This document shows positions 63,404-64,000 of a stretch of DNA of 64,000 bases, in pieces (position 1 is the first letter of the stretch; each line of letters opens with the position of its first letter). The stretch comes from Eledone cirrhosa. Taxonomy: Eukaryota. The notes under the pieces were generated by a model that worked only from the letters and a program-made list of their open reading frames with translations, ran no database searches and was not told the origin of the DNA. A program made the translations under genes and the position numbers. The stretch is from the NCBI GenBank assembly GCA_964016885.1, contig OZ024740.1, forward strand, positions 41,044,001 to 41,108,000. The letters run 5' to 3'.

Positions 63404-64000
63404 ATATGCTTGTATATAAGCTGAGAAATATGTGATGAAAAAATTGATGGTCAATAAGAATCGGGTGCTGAAATATTTTTGTTTTGGAGGTGAATATTAC
63501 ACCAGTTTCGCTTCATGGGTGAATATTACGCCGGTTTCATTTTTAATGTGTAATTTGTATTTTCTATTGTTTTTGATATATTTTGAATGAATATAGTCTT
63601 GGAAATTGGTAAAAAATCATTATGTAATGGATTTGTGAATCAAAACCGTACACTAAACGACATTTTAAACATTTTAAATATCAAAATATTAAAACTTCAT
63701 AAATATATTCTCCACTCATGAGAATTTCAAAACTGCACCATATAAAGATAATGTCTTGATTAGCTGCCTTGGTTTATAAACAGGCTTTGGATTTTTGCCT
63801 ATTTCTCAGACATAAAATAGGGGGTTGGCTTATATTTGAGTATATATGGTATAAGTGAAACTCTTTTGTATTAGTACTCTACCTGAAGGAGACTTTGCAT
63901 AAGTTATTCTATGTTTAGATCTCTGATTTAGATATTCTTTAGCTATCCTTTCCTTAAATGTTCAGTATATTAGTGACAAATAACCTTCTGTGTGATATTT

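Noticed and set aside
62110-63454. Short ORFs rich in Y/I/C/V/M/H/T, here and at 33435-33824
   Set aside because: They are translations of (TA)/(TG) microsatellites.

Overview
AT-rich, repeat-dense animal genomic DNA; the repeat families and microsatellites suggest an octopus or other cephalopod, which is an inference. The window holds the last nine coding exons (31063-61607, + strand, 416 aa) of a DESI1/PPPDE-family desumoylating isopeptidase with a long, probably PUL-like C-terminal extension. Its 5' exons lie left of the window. The introns carry a 39-bp satellite of at least 28.9 kb with nested higher-order duplications, a 9.5-kb 32-bp satellite, smaller minisatellites, RTE, L1/Tx1, R4-like and CRE-like LINE fragments, tRNA-derived SINEs and several MITEs. 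The most notable observations are: (1) a compact HDV-like self-cleaving ribozyme fold on the minus strand (56689-56623), inserted into a SINE; (2) an inverted pair of closely similar RTE copies bracketing six exons that total 1005 nt in phase 0 with no stop, a candidate circRNA with an endless ORF, as the outer layer of three nested inverted-repeat pairs; (3) a PHD-type zinc finger inside the RTE reverse transcriptase; (4) two strong hairpins downstream of the stop codon. The giant ORFs in the satellite are most likely artefacts of its 39-bp period.
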